Positions 29,552 to 39,729 of a DNA stretch of 64,000 bases are shown piece by piece. The DNA is taken from positions 2,526,227 to 2,590,226 of the forward strand of contig OY759316.1 of NCBI GenBank assembly GCA_963662275.1, written 5' to 3'. This stretch comes from Candidatus Cloacimonadales bacterium (lineage in GTDB: Bacteria; Cloacimonadota; Cloacimonadia; Cloacimonadales; DAONDQ01). The notes beneath the pieces are model-generated. The model was not told where the DNA came from. It did not search any database and saw only the letters and a list, made by a program, of their open reading frames with translations. Position 1 is the first letter of the stretch. Every line of letters begins with the position of its first letter. The translations under genes and the position numbers were made by a program.

Positions 29552-32074
29552 ATGTTAGTTTCACAGAATCAAATCAGCACGATTTCAGTTACGTTTTCCT
29601 ACCAGCCACCAACAGCAGGTGAACATACTGTTTTTGTAACCGGTGATTTTAATCAATGGTCCACCACAGCCAATCCCTTAGATAATGAAAATGGCGTTTA
29701 TAAAACTACGATCGATCTTCAATCCGGGGTATATCTGTATAAGTTCATCGTTGATGGAAATTGGATTCCTGATCCAACCATCATGGAGCAGGTGGACGAT
29801 ACTTTTTATGGAAAGAATTCCGTGCTCAGGTTGGAACCTCCCGAAATCGATTATGTCAGACTTGTCACATTCAGGGCAAATCCATCTGTTCCGATCACAT
29901 CTTTAAACCTCATTGGCTCTTTCAATCTCTGGAACCCGCATAGCCATCCCTTTCGAGAACAGTTGGATGGCTCTCTTCAGCTCCGGGTATTTCTAAAAAA
30001 AGGGACTTATAAATATAAATTCTTAGTAGATAACAGTTATTGGGAAAATGATCCTAATGCTGATGAATGGGTCGATGATGGCTTTAACGGAGTAAATTCA
30101 ATCCTCCATGTGGATGAACGTTTTCCTATATTCCGTATCAAGAAAGACCCAAATGAAATCTTAACCGATACAATCCAGATAGAGACAAATTATATGAAAA
30201 TTAATGTAATTTCAGATAACGTAGTAGAATTCAGGGCTCGTTTGTTTTCAGGTGAAGCAAACAATATGTGTCTTTGGCTTCGGGAAGAGATATTTCCCAT
30301 GCAGTTTTTAGGTAATGATAGCACCTATGATTACTATCATGTGATTTTAGATATCGGAACGTTTACACCTATATTCCATTATTGTTTCCTGTTTGAGGAC
30401 AATAATAATCCAATTTATCTCATGAATGGAGAGATCTCCACAATATTCAAGGAACAAAAGCTGTTTGTCTTCGATACCCGGAGCTGTATCCCGTTTATGA
30501 CACCGGATTGGGCAAAAAATGGCATCATGTACCAAATATTTGTGGATAGATTTTATAATGGTAATCCAGCAAATAACCAGGACTTTCATGAATGGTATTA
30601 TGCAAATTGCACAACTCCCCCACCTGTAGGTCAAATGCTGCCTCCCAATCATGAATATTTTCATTTTGAACGGAACTGGTATGAATATTCGACTTTAAAA
30701 CAAAGCCCGTATATGCCCAAAGGAAAGCCAGACTGGTGGTCATTTTATGGGGGTGATATAGATGGAATCATGCAAAAGCTGCCTTATTTGGAAGATCTTG
30801 GCATTACAATTCTATATCTGAATCCTATCTTTGAAGCAAAGTCAAATCACAAATACGATGCTACTGATTATATGAAACTTGATCCGCATTTTGGCTCAAT
30901 CCAGGAATTCCATCAGTTTATCAGGGAAGCTCATAAACGCGGAATTCACGTCATCATTGATGTTGCCTTCAATCATACCGGAGAAACATTTTGGGCATTC
31001 CGGGATTGTGTTGAAAAAGGACAGGATTCTCAATATTGGGATTGGTATGATTGGAAAAAATGGCCTCTCCCCAATCCCTTACCTGATGAGTTTAATCCGA
31101 AAGATTATTATCAATGCTGGTGGGGCGTGAAAGACCTCCCTGATTTGAATTTTGATCTCAGTCTAAATCATCCGTTTGAAAATGCAGTAACCGATATCAA
31201 GAAGGCTGCACCTAATTGGCCTGTTGTAGATTATATTCTTGATGTCGCTGAATATTGGCTGCGTGATATGGATATTGATGGTTTCCGTTTGGATGTACCT
31301 GAAGAAGTACCTTACTGGTTTTGGAGACTCTTCCGTCAACGTGTGAAGATGGTGAAACCGGATGCATATATTGTGGGAGAAATCTGGTATCGGGCTACGG
31401 AATGGGTGAATGCAGATTATTTCGATGCAGTTATGAATTATGCATTTTTTAAAGACCCAGCTCTCAAATTCTTCCTGAATCGTCAGATATCTGCAAGTGA
31501 ATTTGATCGCCAAATTCAACAGGGACTTGTTGTATATCCTATCCAAGCAGCACAGACAATGATGAATATACTTGGTACTCATGATACATATCGTCTTCGG
31601 GAAATCAGCAAAGGAAAGATCGAACCAATCAAATTAGCAGTTATTTTTCAAATGACTTTTATTGGAATCCCACACATTTATTATGGAGATGAAATCGCCA
31701 TGATGGGAGCTTCAGACCCTGATAACAGAAGACCATTCAACTGGAAATATGAAGATGATTCTGTTGCCGTTGAATTAAGGGATTTCTATAAAAAATTGAT
31801 TTCTATTCGTAAACTCTACCGACTTCTCAGCGATGGCGAATACAAAACGATTCTTACCAAAGGTCATATTCTGGTTTTTTCCAGGCATGATAATCAGAAC
31901 TACATATATATCACATTGAATAATGAACCTACCTTCTCGATCATAGATATTCCAATACTTCAAAAGGCTAAGGAAGTTGTTGATCTTCTGACAAATAATC
32001 ATTACCCAATAACCGATGATATGCTCAGTCTTGAAATAGCAGCATACCAGGGAATGATCTTGATTCCTGTTTAA
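29552..32074 (+). CDS. GH13 alpha-amylase/neopullulanase-cyclomaltodextrinase family with two N-terminal CBM48/AMPK-type glycogen-binding domains
   Basis: Two 'GxFNxW...L..G.Y.YKF.VD..W..DP' domains; YQIFVDRF, SNHKYD, DVAFNH, DGFRLDV, VGEIW, LGTHDT, YYGDE. Confidence 0.9.
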   Translation: MLVSQNQISTISVTFSYQPPTAGEHTVFVTGDFNQWSTTANPLDNENGVYKTTIDLQSGVYLYKFIVDGNWIPDPTIMEQVDDTFYGKNSVLRLEPPEIDYVRLVTFRANPSVPITSLNLIGSFNLWNPHSHPFREQLDGSLQLRVFLKKGTYKYKFLVDNSYWENDPNADEWVDDGFNGVNSILHVDERFPIFRIKKDPNEILTDTIQIETNYMKINVISDNVVEFRARLFSGEANNMCLWLREEIFPMQFLGNDSTYDYYHVILDIGTFTPIFHYCFLFEDNNNPIYLMNGEISTIFKEQKLFVFDTRSCIPFMTPDWAKNGIMYQIFVDRFYNGNPANNQDFHEWYYANCTTPPPVGQMLPPNHEYFHFERNWYEYSTLKQSPYMPKGKPDWWSFYGGDIDGIMQKLPYLEDLGITILYLNPIFEAKSNHKYDATDYMKLDPHFGSIQEFHQFIREAHKRGIHVIIDVAFNHTGETFWAFRDCVEKGQDSQYWDWYDWKKWPLPNPLPDEFNPKDYYQCWWGVKDLPDLNFDLSLNHPFENAVTDIKKAAPNWPVVDYILDVAEYWLRDMDIDGFRLDVPEEVPYWFWRLFRQRVKMVKPDAYIVGEIWYRATEWVNADYFDAVMNYAFFKDPALKFFLNRQISASEFDRQIQQGLVVYPIQAAQTMMNILGTHDTYRLREISKGKIEPIKLAVIFQMTFIGIPHIYYGDEIAMMGASDPDNRRPFNWKYEDDSVAVELRDFYKKLISIRKLYRLLSDGEYKTILTKGHILVFSRHDNQNYIYITLNNEPTFSIIDIPILQKAKEVVDLLTNNHYPITDDMLSLEIAAYQGMILIPV

Positions 32075-32102
32075 TACAAGGTTTTACATTGAGGAGTTAC
32101 TT

Positions 32103-35100
32103 ATGAGAAATGTCATCATTATACTTTTAGGTTTGTCTTTTCTTCCACTCTGTGCATTTCAAATCTCCGGCTCTCCCCGTGCATGGAGCCTCGATGACTT
32201 TACAGGCTTTGATCCGATTGGTGATAACACACAACCGTTGGGAGATATGACTTCCTGTTTCGTACACCAGGATGAGAGTACAATCATTCTAAGATTGAAT
32301 TTCGATGATATGACAACCTATAGAATGAATACTGTTATTCTGGATCGATATTCCTCTGAACAAATTACTTGTGCTATCACAGTAAGAAAGAGTATTGATC
32401 AGAAAATTCTATTTCATAGTCAAATCCCCCTGAACCTGAATAGTTTTGAAGACATATCGATTAAATCACTTCGTTCTACTCAGTTTGAAATGCTTGAGTG
32501 CCAATTCTCCATTCCGCAGAATATTGATAAGAGATTACTCCAATTCGATATTCAGACGATTTACAAAGGACAAGTAGCAGATGAGATTTTAACCTCTGGT
32601 AATCCTTCAAGAAGTACAGGAAATACAGCTTTCGTTCATCATGGCAACCAGGGACTTACCTATACAGAAGTATTTTACGGCTCTGATCCAGTAAGCGAAA
32701 GCGGGTTTGATGAAGTGCTGCAAGTTCACGAAGCTACGAATCTACCAGGTAATTTCCATATGTCAGGAACACTGATGCCGGCAGCTCAATGGCATAATCC
32801 TAGCTTCAATACCTGGCTGAGAACCCTGGCAGCAAATGGCAAAGCATGTATGATGACTTCTGCATTGGGTCAGCAGATTATGCCTTTTTTAAATAACACA
32901 ATGAACAATTGGTCAGTTCAAACCGAATCTGATATGGTGAATTATCGATATAATTATGTTCCACATATTGCCTGGGTACCGGAAAGAGTATGGCTTGCCC
33001 CAAGCAGCTATCCTGCAGCAGGCGTGATTGACTGGCTTGGTGATAATTGGGCACAGCATGGAGTCGAGGCAATTATTTTAGATGATTCTCCACATTTGAA
33101 TGGGTATGACAATCGCAAGATTCATTGGATGAACAACGGCTCAGGTGTCACCTTACGCGTGATTCCAATTAATAATACTTTCGTAGGACAGGTCATGTAC
33201 GATGCTCAAGCAGCAAAGAACACCATCCAAAATACTACCCAATATGGTATTGCCGTTTATGGAACGGACTGGGAAGTGATCGCAGAGATGAACGAACATC
33301 ATAATACCAGTTATCTTGATAATTACTCAAATATCATGACTTTCTGTGCCAATAATTATCCCGCAATAGCCGTATGGAAGTTGGATGCTGCTCTTAGTAA
33401 TGCTGACTTCAATGGAATTGGCGCTGAACTGACAACCGGAACTTATGGTATGTTGGGTGGACAGGATGGTTATGGCGGTTCAAATAACAGTTGGTATGTT
33501 GATTGGGCTGGAACTGCCTCTCATTCTGATTATCATTCAACGCCCTGGAATTACGGCTACATCTGGAATAATGTATATGAGCATTTAATGAGTGTACCTG
33601 ATAACAATCTTTCCCAATTAGGATGGTACACTCTCATGATCAACCTGCATGAAACAGGATGGCATGATACAGGTGTATCCGGTTGGGAACACAGGTATTC
33701 TTCTCATATGAAGAATGCTAATGTTTATGCGGAAGGAGCCAGGTGGGCTGCAGGTTTATATACAGCAGGTGCAAATGCAATAGCAAATGATATTGATCGG
33801 GATGGAATTACAGAAACTGTCATTTATAACGATCAAACCTTCAGTGTTTTTGAAAACAATGGCGGACGGGCTGCCTGGATCTTCTCAAAAGATTCCAATG
33901 GTGCAGCTCATTCACTAGTGGGGTCGGATATGGCATATTGGTCAGAAACAGACGGTGATTACAATGAAAGTTCCAATAACCACTTTGCTGCCCTTTCAGA
34001 AGTCTCTCCCAATTACCAGAACGATGCATATAATATCACAATCAACCAGGCAAACGGAACTTATGTCCAGGTTACTATGACAAAGAACGATGTAACAAAA
34101 GTAATTAAACTAAACAGCGATACTGACTTCCTGGATATCCAATATACATTCCCGGGATGGGGATTTGTCAAATCAGGATTGACGCCTGATTTGCTTGATA
34201 TTCTTTGGAATGGGAAGGATCATCTGCAAAGAATGTGGGGATTTAATGGCAGTTATTGCGGACAACGTAATTCTCTTAGCGGTGCAACTGTTGCTATCGT
34301 CTTGGGAAATGGCGGTGGTCTGCATAATGGCGAATTTGAAGGAACACTTGTGAAGGGTGATGAAATCAAAGGAATGGGTTCTTACAATATTCGTTTATTT
34401 GCAGGATATACAAGCACTCCTTATGATGCTAACCAGAACCAGGTTATTGAACTTGATCAAATTGCATCAGACCTATCTGATTATACGGCTCCCCAGGTGG
34501 TTAACCAGAGAGCTGCAATTGTCGGTGATAATAAGCTGGAAATTGTCTTTAATGAATCTATGAATGTAACATCAGCTACCAATATTTCTAACTACACATT
34601 GAACGGTGTTACGGGTAATTCAATAATCCAGGCATATCTGACACATGACAGGCGTGTTATCCTGAAACTGCAAAACACTATTCTTCCAAACCAAACAGGA
34701 ACTGTACTGATAACCAGCGTCACGGATCTAGCTGGAAATGCGATTGAATCACCTAATAACACTGCAACACTCACAACCATTATCATCCCGCATTTAGTGG
34801 GAACATTCAACAATTGGGTGCCAACCAACCATGATCATAACTTTGTGTTGCAGGATAATGGCGAATGGAAAGCAACAGTATCCCTCTCTGCAGGTACCCA
34901 CCCGTATAAAGTGCTGGAGTCTGATTCCTGGAATAATAATGATTGGCCTGCTCTTGACCAGACCATTACTCTAACAACTGACCAGGATGTAACTTTCTTC
35001 GCAAATTGCGGTGTTTATACTGGTGCCAGGAATGGGGATGAATTTATCTTCAATACTCCTAATCTGCCATTAGTGACTGGAAGCTTTCTCAGTGAGTTGG

Positions 35101-35672
35101 GAGATACCGATTGGAGTTTATCAACGAACCTTTCTCTCATGCATGATGATGGATTGAATGGAGATATGGATGCAGACGATGGTGTATACTCATGGGAGCA
35201 GACAATACCCGGCGGGAGTTACCAATATAAGATTGTCTTAAATAGAGTATGGGATCAAAATACTTCTCCTGCTAATAACAGTATCATTCTTGCTGGAAGA
35301 TCGACCGTTCGATTTACCTATGATATGCGACAGAATAGAATCGCCTATGAAATTACTGTAGGTAATGCTGATCATACTTCACCAGCACTTGAATTAGCAG
35401 TTTTAAAAGCAAACTATCCCAATCCATTCAATCCTAATACTGTGATGAGTTTTGACTTGAAAAAAGCTGCAGACGTTAAATTGAATATTTATAATACAAA
35501 AGGGCAATTAGTGAAAACCCTTGTCTCAGATAAATTACCTGGAGGCACACATACTTATCAGTGGAATGGCAAAAATACATCCGATGATATCGTATCTTCA
35601 GGTGTTTATCTCTATTCTCTGCATGTGAATGGATGTGTGGTTTCTACGAGGAAATGCATACTCTTGAAGTAG
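32103..35672 (+). CDS. Secreted GH57-like glycoside hydrolase with Ig/X25-like modules and CTD
   Basis: Signal peptide; HHGNQ, HMSGTL, WVPERVW (catalytic Glu-type motif), IILDD; LVGTFNNW starch-binding-like repeats; YPNPFNP CTD. Confidence 0.7.
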   Translation: MRNVIIILLGLSFLPLCAFQISGSPRAWSLDDFTGFDPIGDNTQPLGDMTSCFVHQDESTIILRLNFDDMTTYRMNTVILDRYSSEQITCAITVRKSIDQKILFHSQIPLNLNSFEDISIKSLRSTQFEMLECQFSIPQNIDKRLLQFDIQTIYKGQVADEILTSGNPSRSTGNTAFVHHGNQGLTYTEVFYGSDPVSESGFDEVLQVHEATNLPGNFHMSGTLMPAAQWHNPSFNTWLRTLAANGKACMMTSALGQQIMPFLNNTMNNWSVQTESDMVNYRYNYVPHIAWVPERVWLAPSSYPAAGVIDWLGDNWAQHGVEAIILDDSPHLNGYDNRKIHWMNNGSGVTLRVIPINNTFVGQVMYDAQAAKNTIQNTTQYGIAVYGTDWEVIAEMNEHHNTSYLDNYSNIMTFCANNYPAIAVWKLDAALSNADFNGIGAELTTGTYGMLGGQDGYGGSNNSWYVDWAGTASHSDYHSTPWNYGYIWNNVYEHLMSVPDNNLSQLGWYTLMINLHETGWHDTGVSGWEHRYSSHMKNANVYAEGARWAAGLYTAGANAIANDIDRDGITETVIYNDQTFSVFENNGGRAAWIFSKDSNGAAHSLVGSDMAYWSETDGDYNESSNNHFAALSEVSPNYQNDAYNITINQANGTYVQVTMTKNDVTKVIKLNSDTDFLDIQYTFPGWGFVKSGLTPDLLDILWNGKDHLQRMWGFNGSYCGQRNSLSGATVAIVLGNGGGLHNGEFEGTLVKGDEIKGMGSYNIRLFAGYTSTPYDANQNQVIELDQIASDLSDYTAPQVVNQRAAIVGDNKLEIVFNESMNVTSATNISNYTLNGVTGNSIIQAYLTHDRRVILKLQNTILPNQTGTVLITSVTDLAGNAIESPNNTATLTTIIIPHLVGTFNNWVPTNHDHNFVLQDNGEWKATVSLSAGTHPYKVLESDSWNNNDWPALDQTITLTTDQDVTFFANCGVYTGARNGDEFIFNTPNLPLVTGSFLSELGDTDWSLSTNLSLMHDDGLNGDMDADDGVYSWEQTIPGGSYQYKIVLNRVWDQNTSPANNSIILAGRSTVRFTYDMRQNRIAYEITVGNADHTSPALELAVLKANYPNPFNPNTVMSFDLKKAADVKLNIYNTKGQLVKTLVSDKLPGGTHTYQWNGKNTSDDIVSSGVYLYSLHVNGCVVSTRKCILLK

Positions 35673-35740
35673 TAAAAAAGACAACTCCTTCATGTAAGTA
35701 AAATATCCATTGCATATTTCCAGCAATAAGGGAGCTGAGA

Positions 35741-36853
35741 ATGAATAGACTTTTATTGATTGCTGTTTTCATGCTTATTGTTATTGCTTTAAGTGGCTAT
35801 ACTACAGCACAGTATACAACAACATTTATTGATAGTACACGCAGCAACAGGCAGATTCAGGCAGTGATCTATTACCCTGCGGAAATAATCGGCTCTGGTG
35901 AGACTTTCTCTTATATCATTTTTGGGCACGGTTGGTTGATGAATTACTCATATTATACGACACTAACTGATGCTATGATAGATTTAGGCTGGATTATTGT
36001 CTATCCTAGAACTGAAGAATCACTATTCCCAAGTCATTCTGAATTTGCCCTGGATTTATCATTTTTATGCCGTGAAGTGTTGAAGGAAAACGAAAATGCT
36101 TCATCTCCGCTCCATGGTTATTTATCAGATCTGAGTGTCGTGATGGGACATTCCATGGGAGGAGGGGCAGCAGTATTGGCAGCAGGAATGAACAATTCTT
36201 TTGCTTCCCTGGTCACTTTTGCTGCTGCTGAGACAAGTGTTTCTGCCATTGATGGTGCCACTGATGTGTCGATACCCTCCATTACTTTTTCAGGTTCCAC
36301 AGATACGATTGCTCCCCCCGCTCAAAACCAAATCCCTATCTACAACAACCTCGCCTCCGACTATAAAAGTTACATTTCCCTTAATGGCACAGGTCATCTT
36401 GATTTGTATAACAATGCTCTTATTTCAATGATAATAGCTCCATGGTTCGAATATCTGAAAACTTCAGATTATAACCATATTCAAGCTTTTGAAGATATCT
36501 TACAACAAAACTCTGCAGCTCTCAATTTTCAAATACAGGACAATCTCGTGGCTATTGATGATAATACCAGCTCTCTGGCTGAGTTCAGATTAAATAATTA
36601 TCCCAATCCATTCAATCCTCAAACCACAATTTCTTTTTATCTCCAGGAATCTTCAAATTTGAAAATCGATATCTTCAATTGCAGAGGACAGAAAGTCAAA
36701 GCTCTTGTAGATGAAGATTTTCAAGCTGGAAGGCACAATAGTATTTGGGATGGATATGATCAGAATAATACTAAGGTAGCTAGCGGAGTGTATTACTATA
36801 AACTGCAAACCCCAAAAGGGCAAATTATAAAGAAGATGCTGCTTCTGAAATAG
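35741..36853 (+). CDS. Secreted alpha/beta hydrolase (chlorophyllase/cutinase-like) with CTD
   Basis: GHG oxyanion motif, GHSMGGG nucleophile elbow, GSTD and GH candidates for Asp/His, YPNPFNP CTD. Confidence 0.8.
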   Translation: MNRLLLIAVFMLIVIALSGYTTAQYTTTFIDSTRSNRQIQAVIYYPAEIIGSGETFSYIIFGHGWLMNYSYYTTLTDAMIDLGWIIVYPRTEESLFPSHSEFALDLSFLCREVLKENENASSPLHGYLSDLSVVMGHSMGGGAAVLAAGMNNSFASLVTFAAAETSVSAIDGATDVSIPSITFSGSTDTIAPPAQNQIPIYNNLASDYKSYISLNGTGHLDLYNNALISMIIAPWFEYLKTSDYNHIQAFEDILQQNSAALNFQIQDNLVAIDDNTSSLAEFRLNNYPNPFNPQTTISFYLQESSNLKIDIFNCRGQKVKALVDEDFQAGRHNSIWDGYDQNNTKVASGVYYYKLQTPKGQIIKKMLLLK

Positions 36854-36926
36854 CGATATTTTAACAAATAAAAGCTAGCTGTTATTCTCTTTTTTTGCAC
36901 CAATTTGAATATTAAAGGAATTAAAT

Positions 36927-37613
36927 CTATTCTATAATATCTTTGATTCTTTGCATATCCTCATAGAATCGACCATAGCTAATTGGACATTTCCGTCTTA
37001 ACTCATCTGGACGGCTTTTAGAAGCAATATCATGATATACATCTAGGAGTTTGTCTTTGATATAATACTGATTTAAGACTCTATTGATATAACATTTGGG
37101 ATGGTCACAATCTGGTTCTCTTCGATTTCCCCAAATGTCTTCAGGTTTCTTAGGTAATCTTGGTTTTGTTGGAATACCCCCAAGATATTTGAACGATTCT
37201 TCATCAGCTAAAAGCCAACTTTCTATCATCTCCTTAGGGATCATTGGAATTCCAACAATATTAGTACTAGATTTCTCGAAACCATCAATCATATCGTTGT
37301 AGAAGCTATTAAAATCGTTTCTATCACAATCTTTATAACAAATTGCTATATCATAATTATTTAATTTAGCAAAACGTGCAAGTCTTTCCGCTTTTACACC
37401 ATGCCCTTTACTCTTATCACTTTTAAAACGTTGGATTTTGATTCGTTTCTCTAATTTCTGAAAGTTAATACACGAAACATTCAGTTCTATCGGTGATGCA
37501 TTCAAAATATATTGTTCAACGGGACCTAAATACCATTTATCAAATATCTGAAACCCTGCATCGGACTTCCCTTCCCCACATACAATAACATTCAACGTCA
37601 TATCAATTCCCAC
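36927..37613 (-). CDS. DUF4276/TOPRIM-like protein, partner of the upstream ATPase
   Basis: VCGEGKSD (acidic TOPRIM-like motif), YKDCD (DxD), MIESWLLAD, HPK. Starts 4 nt after the ATPase stop; alternative ATG at 37601. Confidence 0.6.
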   Translation of the reverse strand: MGIDMTLNVIVCGEGKSDAGFQIFDKWYLGPVEQYILNASPIELNVSCINFQKLEKRIKIQRFKSDKSKGHGVKAERLARFAKLNNYDIAICYKDCDRNDFNSFYNDMIDGFEKSSTNIVGIPMIPKEMIESWLLADEESFKYLGGIPTKPRLPKKPEDIWGNRREPDCDHPKCYINRVLNQYYIKDKLLDVYHDIASKSRPDELRRKCPISYGRFYEDMQRIKDIIE

Positions 37614-37616
37614 AAA

Positions 37617-38846
37617 TTACTTTAATGGTTCACTGTCTTCAGCTATCAAATCCTCTTCAGGGATATTCAGCCATATCTCACCAGGCTGCATATAGGTCAG
37701 CATATCTTTGATTTTCTGCTTCTGAAAAGCCTTTGTTGTTTTAATAGCTCCCTTTGCATCCCGATACACATAAATAATATCTTCCGGTTTGATATCATCC
37801 AAAATGACAGAACTATGGGTTGTAAAAATGATTTGCCGTTCGTTTACTTCAAGTGACTTATACAGAATATTTAGTAGCTTTGCTGTAATAGATGGATTAA
37901 CTCCATCTTCTATCTCATCAATCAGGAAAGTACCTTCTACAGATGGTACTTCAGTGATCGCAAGCAATGCTAGTATCCGTAAAGTACCATCACTAATATG
38001 AGCAGATCTTGATTTAATTAATGAATCCGTGTATTTCTCAGATAATCTAATTTCGACCCAACCAGGTCTTCCCCGAACTATCGTTTCAAGTGTATCAAAA
38101 GCCGGAAGTAAAGCACTAACATTGGTTGAAAATCTTCTCTTTGCATCAATACCCATGTTCCTAAAAAATGTAGCAAATTTTTCTCCGCTTTTACCTATCG
38201 AATATGCAATTCCTTTTGAACCATGCCTAATTGATTCAGGTGCCAATAGCTCAAAAGAAGCACATTGCTGAATGTACTCTTTCAGCTTTACTAATACAGG
38301 GCTCTTAGTTACGTCTTCTGAAGAAATATCTTTAAGCATTGATGATGATTCTTGTGATGCAAAAGGTTGAATATGTAACGCTACTAATTTTTCATCACGC
38401 CACATGAAATCTTCTTTAGAGTATTTAAGTAAATTGATATTATGTTTTGTATAGCTTAGATCAGGAATTAAATCTTTAAATTTCTGATAAGTAAATTCAT
38501 TGATCACTTCCGAAATAAGGCTGATAGTCCTATTCTGTAAATTGATTTTAAACACTATATCCCAATTAATACCCTTTCGTATGCCATCAACATCTAAGTC
38601 AAAAAGGGTTTCAAAGCGTATGTTACTTGATTTTGTAAATTGATTTTTAATATCTTCTAATTTCCACTTTCTTTCTAATAAGTAATCAGTGCAATTTTTT
38701 GATGCGCTGTTAAAGAGAAAATCCATCGCCTGTAATATAGTAGTTTTTCCAGCAGCATTCGCTCCAATCAGAACATTCATTTTATTGAATTCTATTGTCA
38801 CGCTTTCAATTGCTTTGAAATTCTCAATTTTGATAGATGTAATCAT
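37617..38846 (-). CDS. ABC-class (AAA_15/AAA_21, SMC/OLD-like) ATPase
   Basis: MITSIKIENFK start with GGAGG RBS; Walker A GANAAGKTT; signature ISDGT; Walker B/D-loop LIDEIEDGVNP; H-loop TTHS. Confidence 0.88.
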   Translation of the reverse strand: MITSIKIENFKAIESVTIEFNKMNVLIGANAAGKTTILQAMDFLFNSASKNCTDYLLERKWKLEDIKNQFTKSSNIRFETLFDLDVDGIRKGINWDIVFKINLQNRTISLISEVINEFTYQKFKDLIPDLSYTKHNINLLKYSKEDFMWRDEKLVALHIQPFASQESSSMLKDISSEDVTKSPVLVKLKEYIQQCASFELLAPESIRHGSKGIAYSIGKSGEKFATFFRNMGIDAKRRFSTNVSALLPAFDTLETIVRGRPGWVEIRLSEKYTDSLIKSRSAHISDGTLRILALLAITEVPSVEGTFLIDEIEDGVNPSITAKLLNILYKSLEVNERQIIFTTHSSVILDDIKPEDIIYVYRDAKGAIKTTKAFQKQKIKDMLTYMQPGEIWLNIPEEDLIAEDSEPLK

Positions 38847-38954
38847 AACATCCTCCAGAATAAATCTATCTGAATTTGAGTAACACAATGTCAAATCATT
38901 TTTTGATTATTCCCAGTTCGCTTGATGTTTATTATGAATTATTGGAATTAGCCT

Positions 38955-38985
38955 TTTTCGTGTTTTTAGTGTGTTTCGTGGTTAA
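38955..38985. repeat. TTCGTG-based short repeat abutting the crcB stop
   Basis: TTCGTGTTTTTAGTGTGTTTCGTGGTT; the minus strand reads TAACCACGAAACACACTAAAAACACGAA. Confidence 0.45.
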
Positions 38986-39374
38986 AGAGCATTCCCCAGC
39001 CACAGCCCTGAAACAACAGCGATCAGTCCTGTTATTGTGGAAGCAATGATGTTCCAGAGTGCCGTACGGAGATGACCAGCCTGGTAGAGCATGATGGTTT
39101 CATAACTGAAGGTGGAGAAGGTGGTGAAAGCACCCATGAAGCCAATGATGAAGAAGAGATGGATGATATCACCGTGCGCATGATGCTGGAATCTCATGGT
39201 GATAAAACCGACCAGGAAACAGCCAATAACATTTACTATGAGGGTTTTGTAGGGAAAAGGACTACTTGTGTTGTAATGTGTTAGAACACTCACTAAGTAA
39301 CGCAAGACACTCCCTAACGCACCTCCGGCAAGTACAAGCAAGATGTCTGTGACAGCAAGTTTAATTGGAAACAT
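38982..39374 (-). CDS. crcB: Fluoride efflux channel Fluc
   Basis: GGALGSVLRY, TLIVNVIGC, GFMGAFTTFSTF motifs; ATG 39374 with AAGGAG RBS; riboswitch upstream. Confidence 0.95.
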   Translation of the reverse strand: MFPIKLAVTDILLVLAGGALGSVLRYLVSVLTHYNTSSPFPYKTLIVNVIGCFLVGFITMRFQHHAHGDIIHLFFIIGFMGAFTTFSTFSYETIMLYQAGHLRTALWNIIASTITGLIAVVSGLWLGNAL

Positions 39375-39401
39375 GAACGACTCCTTCCGTATCAAATAAA
39401 A

Positions 39402-39467
39402 CAGGAGTCATCAGAAGTATACAACTACGGTTTGGAACTAAAAAAATTCCCGGCGAACTCCATCACC
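39402..39467 (-). promoter_or_regulatory. Fluoride riboswitch (crcB motif)
   Basis: Minus strand GGTGATGGAGTTCGCC...AAACCGT...CTGATGACTCCT matches the fluoride aptamer consensus, directly upstream of crcB. Confidence 0.92.
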
Positions 39468-39541
39468 GTTGTCAACCTTTGTGGATAGGTTGTTTTGTCA
39501 ATAAGAGAAGCATTGTGAAGTTAGCCCAGCATCTCAAATGA

Positions 39542-39617
39542 ATTAGGGTAGAATTATTATGTCATTACGGTAGCAATACAGTTTTTTACCTTACTACTAC
39601 CGTATTGGTGCCCTAAT
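39542..39617. repeat. Inverted-arm element, family beta (related to 60323-60408)
   Basis: ATTAGGGTA...CATTACGGTAG...CTACCGTATT...TGCCCTAAT; 23 of 28 nt match the reverse complement of 60381-60408. Confidence 0.6.
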
Positions 39618-39660
39618 GTAAGATGGAAGATAGAAAAAGTCCAAAATATCATGATTATAC

Positions 39661-39686
39661 AAAGGCAGGATTTTCATCCTGCCTTT
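39661..39686. terminator. Perfect hairpin, probable terminator of the lectin gene
   Basis: AAAGGCAGGAT-TTTC-ATCCTGCCTTT, 44 nt downstream of the 39730 stop. Confidence 0.65.
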
Positions 39687-39729
39687 GCTATTTGAAAAAC
39701 TACATTTTTCCTACACAATTAACCATACA

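Noticed and set aside
39481-39489. DnaA-box-like CTATCCAC(A) here and in the array motif
   Set aside because: One or more mismatches to TTATCCACA, no cluster of boxes and no origin-associated genes. The array copies are better explained by the larger hairpin motif.
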